Assembly: GCA_046327955.1 (NCBI GenBank)
Contig: JAXLXP010000004.1
Location: forward strand, 497,463 to 561,462
Source of the DNA: Candidatus Binatia bacterium
GTDB taxonomy: Bacteria; Desulfobacterota; Binatia; DP-6
DNA length: 64,000 nucleotides
Direction of reading: 5' to 3'
A model generated the notes under the pieces. It did not search any database. It was not told the origin of the DNA and was given only the letters and a program-made list of their open reading frames with translations. Below, piece by piece: positions 51,328-60,649 of the stretch; the stretch's first letter is position 1, and every line of letters starts with the position of its first letter. Position numbers and translations under genes: made by a program.

Positions 51328-52068
51328 ATGGCCGCCCGCGGTGTTCGTCTCGACCGGCTGCTCGTCGATCGCGGTCTCGCGCCGAGCCGCGAGCGGGCGC
51401 AGCGGCTGATCATGGCGGGCGACGTCCTGGTGGCCGACCGCCCGGTGACGAAGTCCGGCACGGTGGTCGCCCCCGACGCGACCATCCGCCTGCGCGAGGC
51501 GCCGTCGCCCTGGGTGAGCCGCGGCGGCGAGAAGCTCGCGGGCGCGCTCGAGGCGTTCGCGCTCGACGTCACGGGGTGCGTGGCGCTCGACGTCGGCGCG
51601 TCGACCGGAGGGTTCACCGACGTGCTGCTGCGCCACGGGGCGCGCCGCGTGATCGCCGCCGACGTGGGCTACGGGCAGCTCGCCTGGGCGCTGCGCCAGG
51701 ATCCGCGCGTGGCCGTGCTCGACCGTGTGAATGCCCGCGGGCTCACGCCGGAGATGCTCCCCGAGCCGCCCAACGTCGTCACCATCGACGTCTCGTTCAT
51801 CTCGCTCGCGCTGGTGCTGCCGGCGGTCGCGCGCGTCGCGGCGCCGGGGGCGGACGTGATCGCGCTCGTCAAGCCGCAGTTCGAGGTCGGGCGTGAGGCG
51901 GTCGGGAAGGGCGGCGTGGTCCGCGACGACGCCGCGCGGGCCGCCGCGGTGCGCAAGGTGTGTGCGGCGGCGGAGGCGGCGGGATTCGTGGTGCGCGGCG
52001 AAGCCGAATCGGTGCTGCCGGGGCCGAAGGGGAACCGCGAGGTGTTCCTCTGGCTCGTCGCGGGATGA
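51328..52068 (+). CDS. tlyA: TlyA-family rRNA 2'-O-methyltransferase
   Basis: N-terminal S4 domain (RLDRLLVDRGL). FtsJ-like methyltransferase (LDVGASTGGFTDVLL, DVSFISL). Confidence 0.8.
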   Translation: MAARGVRLDRLLVDRGLAPSRERAQRLIMAGDVLVADRPVTKSGTVVAPDATIRLREAPSPWVSRGGEKLAGALEAFALDVTGCVALDVGASTGGFTDVLLRHGARRVIAADVGYGQLAWALRQDPRVAVLDRVNARGLTPEMLPEPPNVVTIDVSFISLALVLPAVARVAAPGADVIALVKPQFEVGREAVGKGGVVRDDAARAAAVRKVCAAAEAAGFVVRGEAESVLPGPKGNREVFLWLVAG

Positions 52069-52087
52069 CCCTCGGGACGGCGCGCCG

Positions 52088-53107
52088 CTACACGAGCCCG
52101 AACGCCCGGTCCTGCTCCTCGGGGTCGGCGTCCTCGAACTGGAGGATGCCGAGCGCCTCGAAGGCGGCCCGCACGCGGGGGCTGAGCAGGCCGAGGCGTT
52201 TCAGGTTCGGTACGACGCGCGCGAACAGCATCTGCCGAAACAACATCGCGGGTTCGGAGGCGAGCACGCGGTCCTTCACCTCGTCGCGGTCCCAGCCCAT
52301 CGCGGTGGCGATCTGGTCGCCGACGAGCCGGTTGCGCATGAGCTCGCAGGCGTAGATCACGAAGTCCTCGCGGTCGCGCAGCTCGCGCGCGGGCATGTCG
52401 GTGTAGAAATCCGTGAGCGACAGCACGCCGAAGGCGACGTGGCGCGACTCGTCCTTCATCACGTAGCGGATGAGCTCCTTGAGCAGCGGCTCCGTGGTGA
52501 GCTGGAAGAGGTTGCCGAACGCGGCCATGGCGAGGCCCTCGATGATGATCTGCATGCCGAGGTACTTGAAGTCCCAGCGGCTGTCGGTGATCGTCGCGTC
52601 GAGGAGCTCTTTCAGGCTCTCGTTGACCGGCCACTGCCACTCGAGCTTCTCGGTGAGATAGCGGCTGAAGACCTCGACGTGCCGAGCCTCGTCCATCGTC
52701 TGCGAGCCGGCATAGAACTTGGCGTCCATCCAGGGGACCGCGCCGACGAGCTGTGAGGCGACGATCAGCGCGCCCTGCTCGCCGTGGAGGAACTGCGAGA
52801 GCTGGAGGGCGACCTGCCCGTGGCGCAGGTGGTCCTTCTCCTTCGGCGTGAGCCGTTCGTAGGGCGGATAGCCGATGAGCGGGTTCACCGCGTCGGGGAG
52901 GATGCCGCGCTCGGGGTCGACCGGCGTGGTCCAGGCGAGTTGGGTGGTGCCGTTCCACTGATCCCGCTTGGCCTTCTCGTAGAGGTCGCGCAGGCCCTCC
53001 TTCACCGAGCCGTAGCGCCAGGCGTAGGTCGAGTCGAAGGAGGTGAGGATGGTCTCGAGCTCCGCATCCAGGTGCTCGAGCTGGTTGATGGTGGTGTTGC
53101 GCTCCAT
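52088..53107 (-). CDS. Ferritin-like diiron oxygenase (AurF/p-aminobenzoate N-oxygenase-like)
   Basis: Two ExxH diiron motifs (DEARHVEVF, DESRHVAFG) in a large helical bundle. Start taken at the internal Met MERNTT. Confidence 0.6.
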   Translation of the reverse strand: MERNTTINQLEHLDAELETILTSFDSTYAWRYGSVKEGLRDLYEKAKRDQWNGTTQLAWTTPVDPERGILPDAVNPLIGYPPYERLTPKEKDHLRHGQVALQLSQFLHGEQGALIVASQLVGAVPWMDAKFYAGSQTMDEARHVEVFSRYLTEKLEWQWPVNESLKELLDATITDSRWDFKYLGMQIIIEGLAMAAFGNLFQLTTEPLLKELIRYVMKDESRHVAFGVLSLTDFYTDMPARELRDREDFVIYACELMRNRLVGDQIATAMGWDRDEVKDRVLASEPAMLFRQMLFARVVPNLKRLGLLSPRVRAAFEALGILQFEDADPEEQDRAFGLV

Positions 53108-53208
53108 TGCAACAGTGTAGCTGCGAAGGGGACGCTGAAGGAAGCCCCGGCCCGCCGGTCGCGACGGGCCGGGGGGTCTGCTACGCGGGACGCCAGAGGA
53201 GGGGGTAC

Positions 53209-54159
53209 ATGGCAGCGACACATCCGGTTCGCTTCGGCATCCAGACGGGCCAGCAGAGCGTCACCTGGGCGGAGATGCTCGAGCTGTGGCAGAAGGCCGA
53301 CGCCTGGGGCTACGATTCCCTCTGGAACTTCGACCACTTCTACCCGATCTTCGTCGACCCCGAGGGGCCGTGCCTGGAGGGGTGGACGACCCTCGCGGCC
53401 CTGGCGCACGCCACCCGGCGCGCCCGCATCGGCTCGCTCGTCAACGGCAACACCTACCGCAACCCGTGCGTGCTCGCGAAGATGGCGACGACGCTCGACC
53501 ACGTCGCCGGCGGTCGCCTGAACCTCGGGCTCGGCGCCGGCTGGTTCGAGCTCGAGCACCGCGCGTTCGGCGTCGACTTCAAGACCGTGCGCGGCCGGCT
53601 GGAGGCGCTCGACGAGGCCTGCCGCATCGTGCGCGGCATGCTCGCCGGCGACCGCGTGACGCTCGAGGGGAAGCACTACCGGGTGCAGGACGCGATCTGC
53701 CAGCCGCGGCCGGTGCAGCGCCCGCACCCGCCGCTGATGCTCGGCGGTACGGGCGAGAAGGTCCTGCTCCGGCTGGTCGCCCGCCACGCCGACATGTGGA
53801 ACGCGTCGGCCGGCGCCGAGCGCATGGCGCACCTGATCGACGTGATCCGCCGCCACGGCGACGCCGAGCGGCGCGACGCCGACGCGATCGAGAAGACGGT
53901 GCTGATCCCGCTCTGCTACCGCGCCACCCCAGAGCGCGAGCAGTTCGTGTGCAACCTGGTCGCGGGCATGCGCCAGTGCAGCCCGGAGGAGGCGCGCCGG
54001 CAGATCATGATCGGGCAGAAGGCGGAGTGCCTGGAGACGGTCGAGCGCTACGTGCGCGCCGGGGTCACGCACTTCATCTTCATGCTGTTCCAGCCGGTGC
54101 CGGTGGACGAGGTGCAGGCGTTCGCGGAGGAGGTCATCCCCGCGGTGCGGCGACCGTAG
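53209..54159 (+). CDS. Luciferase-like monooxygenase (LLM) family oxidoreductase, possibly F420-dependent
   Basis: GAGGAGGGGG ribosome-binding site. TIM-barrel LLM motifs (FGIQTGQ, WGYDSLWNFDHF, LNLGLGAGW). Confidence 0.75.
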   Translation: MAATHPVRFGIQTGQQSVTWAEMLELWQKADAWGYDSLWNFDHFYPIFVDPEGPCLEGWTTLAALAHATRRARIGSLVNGNTYRNPCVLAKMATTLDHVAGGRLNLGLGAGWFELEHRAFGVDFKTVRGRLEALDEACRIVRGMLAGDRVTLEGKHYRVQDAICQPRPVQRPHPPLMLGGTGEKVLLRLVARHADMWNASAGAERMAHLIDVIRRHGDAERRDADAIEKTVLIPLCYRATPEREQFVCNLVAGMRQCSPEEARRQIMIGQKAECLETVERYVRAGVTHFIFMLFQPVPVDEVQAFAEEVIPAVRRP

Positions 54160-55372
54160 GGGCGCGGCGCGGGCGGCGGTCGGGACCGACGTCGGCCGGG
54201 CGGCGGTTCCAGAAGAAGTTGAAGCCCTCGTTGGTGGTGAACCCGGGGTCGAACGTGGTCGCGTCGCCACCGGCGGCCCGGTGCGCCTGCCAGCGTTCCC
54301 ACGCGATGGTGGTCGGGCACTCGTAGCAGATGCGCTGGCGGTCCTCGGGGGTGGCCGCGGAGCGGTCGCGATAGAGGCGGCGTGCGGCCTGGAAGCGGGG
54401 GCCGTTCCACACCTCGCGGAACGTCCGTGCGCCGGGCGCGCCCAGGGTGACCGCGAGCTGGCCCATGTCGTCCTCGCGGTAGAAGGTGCCGCAGCAGGGG
54501 GAGACGCCGCCGTCGTTGTTCACGACCGCTTCGGCCCAGAGGAAGAGGCAGGGGAACGGGAGCGGCGAGCTCGGGATCTGCCACGGGCCGGAGGGGTCCC
54601 ACTCCGCGCCGACCACCCAGCCCTTGCTGGCGGCGAAGTCCATGTCGAGGTCGCGCGCCATCGCCTGCGCGCGCTCGACGTCGCCGAGGTTGTGCGGGAA
54701 GGCGTGGAAGCACCAGACCATGCGCGGCGTGCGCGAGCCGAGGCGCCGCTTGGCGTCGCGGAGCAGCCGGCAGTTCTCGAGAACGAGGTCGATCTTGCCG
54801 CCGATGCGGTACTGCTCGTAGGTCTCCTGCCGCGCGCCGTCGAGCGAGACGCCGAGCAGGTCCAGCCCCGACGCGACCAACGCCTCCGCGCCCGCGGCGT
54901 CGAGCGGCACGCTGAGATTGGTGCTGGCGTCGGTGGAGATGCCGTAGCGGTGCGCGGCCGCGATCATGGGGACGATCTGCTTGGCGAGCAGCGGCTCGCC
55001 CCAGTTGCAGAACTCGATCTGCAGGAGGTAGGGGCCGACCTCGGCGAGCAGGCGCTCGTAGGCGTCGAACGCAAGCGGCGTGCGCGCGCGCCCGACCTGG
55101 CCGTCGCCGGTGAAGCAGGCGGGGCAGCGCAGGTTGCAGACGTTGGTGGGCTCGACGACGAGGCGGATCGGGTAGCTCGCGAGCCGGGTGCGCAGCCGCC
55201 CGTGCTCGATCCGCGAGAGGTAGCAGTTGAGCACCCGCCGGGGCGTCATGTGGACGCCCTCGTAACGCGGCAGTTTCAGGAAGAAGCGGGCGCCGCCCAC
55301 GAGACGGCGCGGGAACGCGGTGCCCCGGCGAAGCAGGGCGCGCAGCGAACGGAGGGATGGTGCGGCGGTCAT
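54134..55372 (-). CDS. Radical SAM protein with SPASM auxiliary-cluster domain
   Basis: CNLRCPAC (CxxxCxxC). SPASM cysteines CCGTFY ... CYECP. Start could alternatively be the Met at 55249. Confidence 0.75.
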   Translation of the reverse strand: MTAAPSLRSLRALLRRGTAFPRRLVGGARFFLKLPRYEGVHMTPRRVLNCYLSRIEHGRLRTRLASYPIRLVVEPTNVCNLRCPACFTGDGQVGRARTPLAFDAYERLLAEVGPYLLQIEFCNWGEPLLAKQIVPMIAAAHRYGISTDASTNLSVPLDAAGAEALVASGLDLLGVSLDGARQETYEQYRIGGKIDLVLENCRLLRDAKRRLGSRTPRMVWCFHAFPHNLGDVERAQAMARDLDMDFAASKGWVVGAEWDPSGPWQIPSSPLPFPCLFLWAEAVVNNDGGVSPCCGTFYREDDMGQLAVTLGAPGARTFREVWNGPRFQAARRLYRDRSAATPEDRQRICYECPTTIAWERWQAHRAAGGDATTFDPGFTTNEGFNFFWNRRPADVGPDRRPRRAPTVAAPRG

Positions 55373-55437
55373 GGGCGGGCGCTCCCCCGGGGCCTAACGT
55401 GCCCGGCCGACCGCGGTCAAGGCGCAACGGCTGTGGA

Positions 55438-55896
55438 TCAGTCGAGGGCCTGCGGGTCCGAGCGCATGACCAGCCCTTCGTAGACCTCGAGGTCGGCGGT
55501 GTCGTCCTGTTCGACCTGGGCGAGGACGGCCACGGCCTCGGGCTCCTCGGGGTCCCAGTGGGCGATCATGTCGAGGAGGCGCTTGCGCTTGGCCTGGGCC
55601 TCGTGGTGGGCGGCGACGACCCGCTCCCACTGGTTCTTCCCGCGCAGCGCGCGCGGCGCCAGGGGCGGCACCTCGCCGCCGAGGGCGAGGAGGCGGTCGC
55701 GGATCGCCGCGGCGTGGCGCTCCTCGGTGGCCGCCAGCCGCTCGAGGGTCTCGGTCACCTGCGGGTACTTGGCGTGCGCCATCTGCAGGCGCAGGTGCGC
55801 CGCGTGCTCCGCCTCCGCCCGCCAGGCGTCGGTCAGGTCCGCGACCAGCTCCCGCCGCCCGTCCTTCAACCCGAACAGCCGCGCCACGATGCCCAT
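55438..55896 (-). CDS. Small ferritin/rubrerythrin-like four-helix-bundle protein
   Basis: Two E..H pairs (AEAEHAAHL, TEERHAAAI) spaced as in diiron bundles. Confidence 0.5.
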   Translation of the reverse strand: MGIVARLFGLKDGRRELVADLTDAWRAEAEHAAHLRLQMAHAKYPQVTETLERLAATEERHAAAIRDRLLALGGEVPPLAPRALRGKNQWERVVAAHHEAQAKRKRLLDMIAHWDPEEPEAVAVLAQVEQDDTADLEVYEGLVMRSDPQALD

Positions 55897-56039
55897 GTCA
55901 GGGGGCGCTCTTATCGGGCAGGGGCGGGGGGGTCAAGCTGACGGGGCGGGGCTGGGTTGTGCAGCTCCGGCCGGCGCCGGCGTGGAAGTGCGCGTGTGCG
56001 GCGCATTGCGTTCATTCTCGGCCAAGCTAGGTGCAATGG

Positions 56040-56075
56040 GTCTATGTCGGGCACATTAGAATGGTGTTGACAACG
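56040..56075 (+). promoter_or_regulatory. Candidate sigma70-like promoter elements upstream of the padR operon
   Basis: TAGAAT and TTGACA hexamers read about 90-120 nt upstream of the padR ATG. Their arrangement is ambiguous and not verified. Confidence 0.2.
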
Positions 56076-56163
56076 CGGCGGCCGCCAGCCTAACGGCTCG
56101 ATCTGGTACCAACTCGCAGTCCCAACTCGGGGGAGACATGGGCCGTAAGATCCGGAGGATTGC

Positions 56164-56925
56164 ATGCTCTGGCACGTGATCCTGGGCCTCCTGCGCGACG
56201 ATACGCCCCGTCACGGCTACGAGCTCGCGCGCGAGTATCGCGTGCGCTCGGGTGTCGACGTCGCGAGTGGGAATTTCTACCGGGAGCTGGCGCGGCTCGT
56301 CGAGCGCGGGTTCATCAAGGCGACGGAGAACCCGCCGGATGTGGACGAGCGCCGTATCCCGTACCTGATCACGGTCCGCGGCCGGCAGGTGTTCGACCGC
56401 TGGCTGACGAGCCCGGCGAAACAAGACGCCGACCTCACCGCGTGGCTGCTCTTCGTGGATCGCCTGCCCGGCGACGTCCGCGAGAAGCTGCTCGAGCGGC
56501 GGATCGACGACCTCTGGATTCGCGGCAAGGCGCTCTCGCGCGATCTCGACGAGGCCACGGAGATGGCCGAGATGGACGAGGACAGCGCGTACTACAACCT
56601 GCGCCCCGCGCTCATCTCGCGGCGCATCAAGCTCAACACCGTCGAGCTCGAGTTCGTCAAGCAGTTCCGTGAGGACTTCAACGTCTGGCGTGCGCAGCGT
56701 GAGATACGGCGGATGCAGCGCGAGCGGCAGGCCGGTGCTGCCGAGATCGAAGCGACGGTGCCCATCGGAGAGTCGGGGGCAATGGAGAGCGCGCACGGAT
56801 ACGAGCACGCGGCGCGCGCCGGTGCGCCTCCGGTCGTTCCTGATGTGTCGTCGGGGGCGGGCGAGATCGCGCATGAGCGACCTGGTCGGGGGCGAACGCT
56901 TCGCAGCAGAGGGACGCGGAAATGA
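56164..56925 (+). CDS. PadR-family transcriptional regulator with extended C-terminal domain
   Basis: Winged helix-turn-helix start ILGLLRDDTPRHGYELAREY...GNFYRELARLVERGFI. Confidence 0.7.
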   Translation: MLWHVILGLLRDDTPRHGYELAREYRVRSGVDVASGNFYRELARLVERGFIKATENPPDVDERRIPYLITVRGRQVFDRWLTSPAKQDADLTAWLLFVDRLPGDVREKLLERRIDDLWIRGKALSRDLDEATEMAEMDEDSAYYNLRPALISRRIKLNTVELEFVKQFREDFNVWRAQREIRRMQRERQAGAAEIEATVPIGESGAMESAHGYEHAARAGAPPVVPDVSSGAGEIAHERPGRGRTLRSRGTRK

Positions 56926-57647
56926 CCGGACCGGTGATCCAATTGTGCGGGGTGACGAAAACCTACGGTCGTGGGCACACGGCGACGAAGGCGCTGGATC
57001 ACTTGAGTCTCGACGTGATGCCTGGGGAGTTCATGTCGCTCATGGGGCCGAGCGGCTCCGGGAAGTCGACGCTCTTGAATCTGATGGCGGGGCTCGATGT
57101 TCCCGACGAGGGTAGCGTGACGGTCCTCGGGCGCGAGTTGCGTGGGATGCAGGATCATCAGCTCGCGGACATGAGGCTCCGGACGATTGGCTTCGTGTTC
57201 CAGTCATTCAATCTGATCCCGGCGCTTACGGTCGAGGAGAATGTGGCGTGGCCATTGGAGTTCAGCGGATTCGCGCGCGGTGAGGTCCGTCGGCGGGTCC
57301 ATGAGGCGCTGGAGTGGGTCGGCGTCGGTGGTGCCGAGCGACGACACCCGGCAGAGTTGTCGGGCGGCGAACAGCAACGCGTCGCCATCGCGCGGGCGAT
57401 CGCGACGAAGCCGCACATCCTGCTTGCCGACGAGCCGACGGGGAATCTCGATTCGGCGACGGGGCAGAAGATACTCGACCTTCTTCGGCGACTGAACCGG
57501 GTCCAGGGCGTTACGGTGGCGATCGTGACGCACAGCGTGTTTGCGGCGACATACGGCGACCGGACGGTCGAGTTGCGGGACGGGAAGATCGTGCGCGACG
57601 TGCCGCAGCCCGATCACCCGGCGCCGGGTCTGCGCGCCGTGGAATAG
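56922..57647 (+). CDS. ABC transporter ATP-binding protein (MacB/LolD type)
   Basis: Walker A GPSGSGKST, Q-loop, LSGGEQQRVAIARA, Walker B ILLADEPTGNLD. ATGA overlap with padR. Confidence 0.85.
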   Translation: MTGPVIQLCGVTKTYGRGHTATKALDHLSLDVMPGEFMSLMGPSGSGKSTLLNLMAGLDVPDEGSVTVLGRELRGMQDHQLADMRLRTIGFVFQSFNLIPALTVEENVAWPLEFSGFARGEVRRRVHEALEWVGVGGAERRHPAELSGGEQQRVAIARAIATKPHILLADEPTGNLDSATGQKILDLLRRLNRVQGVTVAIVTHSVFAATYGDRTVELRDGKIVRDVPQPDHPAPGLRAVE

Positions 57648-57651
57648 CGAC

Positions 57652-60222
57652 GTGCACGCCGCCCTGTCCTTCAAGCTGGCGTACCGGCACGTTCGCCATA
57701 GCTGGAGCCGCCTGGCGTTGAGTGTGCTGGCGATCGCGCTAGGCGTGGCGTTGGTGGTGGCGATCCGGCTGATGAACGCGGCGGTGTTGCAGGCGTTCCT
57801 GGATACGATCGACGGCGTGGCGGGGCGGGCGCAGCTCACGGTGAGCGCGGGGGAGGGACTGACGTTCGGGGAGGAGATCGTGCCCCGGGTGGCGGCCGTC
57901 CCGGGGGTGAAAGTGGCGGTCCCGCTGGTGCGGGCGGTGGCGTTTCCAGACGATGGGAGCGGGGAGCTGCTGACCGTGCACGGGGTGGATTTCACGAAAG
58001 AGGCGGACGTACGGGTCTACCACCGAGGCGGGACGGAAGAAGTCGTCGCGGACTTGGTCGAGTTCCTGGCGCAGCCGAAATCGGTAATCGTGGGGAAGGC
58101 ATTCGCGGAACGGCGGGGGTTGGGTGTGGGCAGTGCGCTCGACCTGGTGACACCGCGGGGGGTGCAGCGGTTCGTGGTACGGGGGCTGGTGGAGCCGGAG
58201 GGGTTGGCGCAGACCCTGGGCGGGCGGATCGTCGTCATGGACCTCCCCGCGGCGGAGCGGGCGTTCACGGCGGACGGGCAGGTGAATCAGGTGGACGTAG
58301 TCGTGGCGGAGGGCGCAGCCGTGGCGGCGGTGCAGGAGGCAGTCGCGTCGGTGCTCCCGCCGGGTGTCAAGGTGGCGGAGCCGGCGCTGCGGAAGGATAT
58401 GACACGTCGGACCATCGGTGGATTTCAAGGGATGTTGACGGCATTCGCATTCCTTGCCGTCGTCGCCGGTCTTGTCGTGTGTTACAGCCGGCTTGCGGCG
58501 ATCTTCGATGCGCGCCTTTGGGAGGCCGGGCTCTTGCGCGCAGTTGGCCTTCGCCAGCGCGTAGTGTTCGGCGAGATGTTGAAAGAGAGCCTCGTTCTTG
58601 GCGGAGTCGGTACCGCCGTTGGTATCCCTTTGGGATTCGCGATCGGGAGAATCGGGTTGCGGTTCGTTGCCGCAGCGACTGCGATCAATTTCCGAGTCGC
58701 GGTTCCGGAGGCTTCGCGCTTGGGCGATGGTGCAGCTCTTGCCCTCGGGGTCGCGACGGGGATCACGGCGGCTGTTGTCGCATCGGTGGTTCCGGCACTC
58801 CGCCTGGCTCGAACCCCCCCGATCGAAGCGCTTGGCCTTCGCGGGCGGGATAGCTCGACCGTGATCGCCTCAACTGCACGGTGGGCTTTTGGCGCCGCGC
58901 TGGCGCTTTCCGTGTGCGGGCTAGTGGCAGCGCAGTTCGCGTATGAGGCCGCGCTCCTGGGTGAGATCACGACGGTCGTGCTTGCGTTGCTGGCGTGTGT
59001 GCATGCGCGACCGATCGTTCAGGTCGGAAGCGTATTGCTCGCTCCAACTTGGGAACGGGTGTTCGGGCCCAAGGGGCGCGCAGCAGCGCGCGGTATTCGA
59101 CAACAGGCGGGACGCGTGGGGCTCACGGTGGCGACCATCGCTGTAGGCGTTGGTGCTATCGTCATGTTTGGTGTTCTTGGTGCCAGCTTCGAGCACACCC
59201 TCGTAAAAGTTCTGACGGCCCGTATGCGTGCCGACCTCGTGATCACGTCAGCGCTTCGCAGCGGGGGATATCTTGGTGCCCCCTTCGACGATGGGCTGAT
59301 TGCTGACCTTCGGGGGACTCCCGGTGTCGCGGCGATCGTGGGTGAGCAGCAGCGTGACATCGAGTATGCAAACGATGTGATCCTCGTCAACGCATACGAT
59401 CCTCAATGTTTCGTGGATGTTCGCGTCTGCGACTGGATTCTCGCGTCCGGTGGGCGGAAGGACGCCCTTCCCCTAGTGGCTGCCGGTGACGCGGTGCTCG
59501 TGACGAGTTCGTTTGCCAAGGCTCACGGGACGGCGAGCGGTGACGTGGTGGAGATTGACACGCCTGCAGGGCGACATCGCTTCCCGGTAGCGGGTGTCAC
59601 CAACGGCCAGCCGCCCAGCGCCGTCCTGATGAGCCGCGACGTCTACCGAAGGCTGTGGAACGATTCGCAGGTCTCAGGGATTCATGTTGCCGTCACCCCC
59701 AATGTATCAAGCACGGTCGTTGCAGATGAGATACGGAGAAGGGCTGGGCCTCAACATCGCATTCTCGTTCGCTCATCCTCCGAACTCATCCAGTTCTTTG
59801 CCGATCAGGCCCGCCAGGCGTTCAGCCTCCTGTACTTGATGGACGCGGTGACGCTAGTGCTCGTGATGGTTGCGATCGGAGACGCGCTCGCTACGGGTGT
59901 CATCGAGCGCACCCGTGAGTTCGCGACGCTGCGGGCGGTGGGCCTTTCGGGCCAGGACCTATTCCACGTCATACTGCTCGAAGGCGCGACCGTTGGGCTT
60001 CTCGGCTTGGTGCTGGCGAGCGTCGTTGGTATCACGCTGGGACTGTTCTGGGTTCACGTTCAGTTTCCGGCCCTCGCTGGTTGGTCACTCGACTTCCATC
60101 TCCCCGTTGGCTTCGTCCTGATGGCAACGTTCGGAACCCTCGTTCTTTGCGTTGTCGGGGCCTTGGCGCCGGCGCGCCGGGTGGCTCGCATGGTGATCAC
60201 AACCGGGCTTCGTGGGGAGTGA
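57652..60222 (+). CDS. ABC transporter permease with two FtsX-type domains (MacB-like, about 856 aa)
   Basis: GTG 5 nt after the ATPase gene's TAG. Two 4-TM FtsX modules separated by large periplasmic domains (LKLAYRHVRHS... start, REFATLRAVGLS... second module). Confidence 0.8.
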   Translation: MHAALSFKLAYRHVRHSWSRLALSVLAIALGVALVVAIRLMNAAVLQAFLDTIDGVAGRAQLTVSAGEGLTFGEEIVPRVAAVPGVKVAVPLVRAVAFPDDGSGELLTVHGVDFTKEADVRVYHRGGTEEVVADLVEFLAQPKSVIVGKAFAERRGLGVGSALDLVTPRGVQRFVVRGLVEPEGLAQTLGGRIVVMDLPAAERAFTADGQVNQVDVVVAEGAAVAAVQEAVASVLPPGVKVAEPALRKDMTRRTIGGFQGMLTAFAFLAVVAGLVVCYSRLAAIFDARLWEAGLLRAVGLRQRVVFGEMLKESLVLGGVGTAVGIPLGFAIGRIGLRFVAAATAINFRVAVPEASRLGDGAALALGVATGITAAVVASVVPALRLARTPPIEALGLRGRDSSTVIASTARWAFGAALALSVCGLVAAQFAYEAALLGEITTVVLALLACVHARPIVQVGSVLLAPTWERVFGPKGRAAARGIRQQAGRVGLTVATIAVGVGAIVMFGVLGASFEHTLVKVLTARMRADLVITSALRSGGYLGAPFDDGLIADLRGTPGVAAIVGEQQRDIEYANDVILVNAYDPQCFVDVRVCDWILASGGRKDALPLVAAGDAVLVTSSFAKAHGTASGDVVEIDTPAGRHRFPVAGVTNGQPPSAVLMSRDVYRRLWNDSQVSGIHVAVTPNVSSTVVADEIRRRAGPQHRILVRSSSELIQFFADQARQAFSLLYLMDAVTLVLVMVAIGDALATGVIERTREFATLRAVGLSGQDLFHVILLEGATVGLLGLVLASVVGITLGLFWVHVQFPALAGWSLDFHLPVGFVLMATFGTLVLCVVGALAPARRVARMVITTGLRGE

Positions 60223-60439
60223 AGTCCTGCCGCTGGCCACCCGCATCCTTGCAAGCCTATCCCGGGAGTATTCTTCGCGTGTGGCTGATGAGCTTCAGCT
60301 GCTGCCGGCCGGCTGCTAGCCCTAGCAAGTCCTCGGGGGGGACGAGAATTCACGCCGCGTCATACTGGCGGCCTGGCGGCGGACCACCCACACCCGCCCG
60401 GTTCCCTTCCCCCGCCCGTTCCGCTACAAAATCCCCCCA

Positions 60440-60631
60440 ATGGCACGCATCACGGTCGAAGACTGCCTGGATCGGGTCCCCAACCGCTTCGAGCTGGTCC
60501 TGCTCGCGGCCAAGCGGGCGAAGCAGCTGTTGAAGGGGGCGCGCCCCCTCGTCGAGTCGGACAACAAGGAGATCGTGACCGCGCTGCGCGAGGTCGCCGA
60601 CGACAGGGTCCGGCTCACGTACGGCGAGTGA
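60440..60631 (+). CDS. rpoZ: DNA-directed RNA polymerase subunit omega
   Basis: [30 protein letters not shown] is a near-canonical RpoZ N-terminus. Confidence 0.8.
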   Translation: MARITVEDCLDRVPNRFELVLLAAKRAKQLLKGARPLVESDNKEIVTALREVADDRVRLTYGE

Positions 60632-60649
60632 CCGCCCGGAAGGGCTAGG

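Noticed and set aside
60223-60439. Possible sigma-32-type promoter (CTTGCAA ... CCCGGGAGTAT) upstream of rpoZ
   Set aside because: Spacing and the -10 element do not fit the CTTGAAA-N13-15-CCCCATNT consensus well. Too weak to call from sequence alone.
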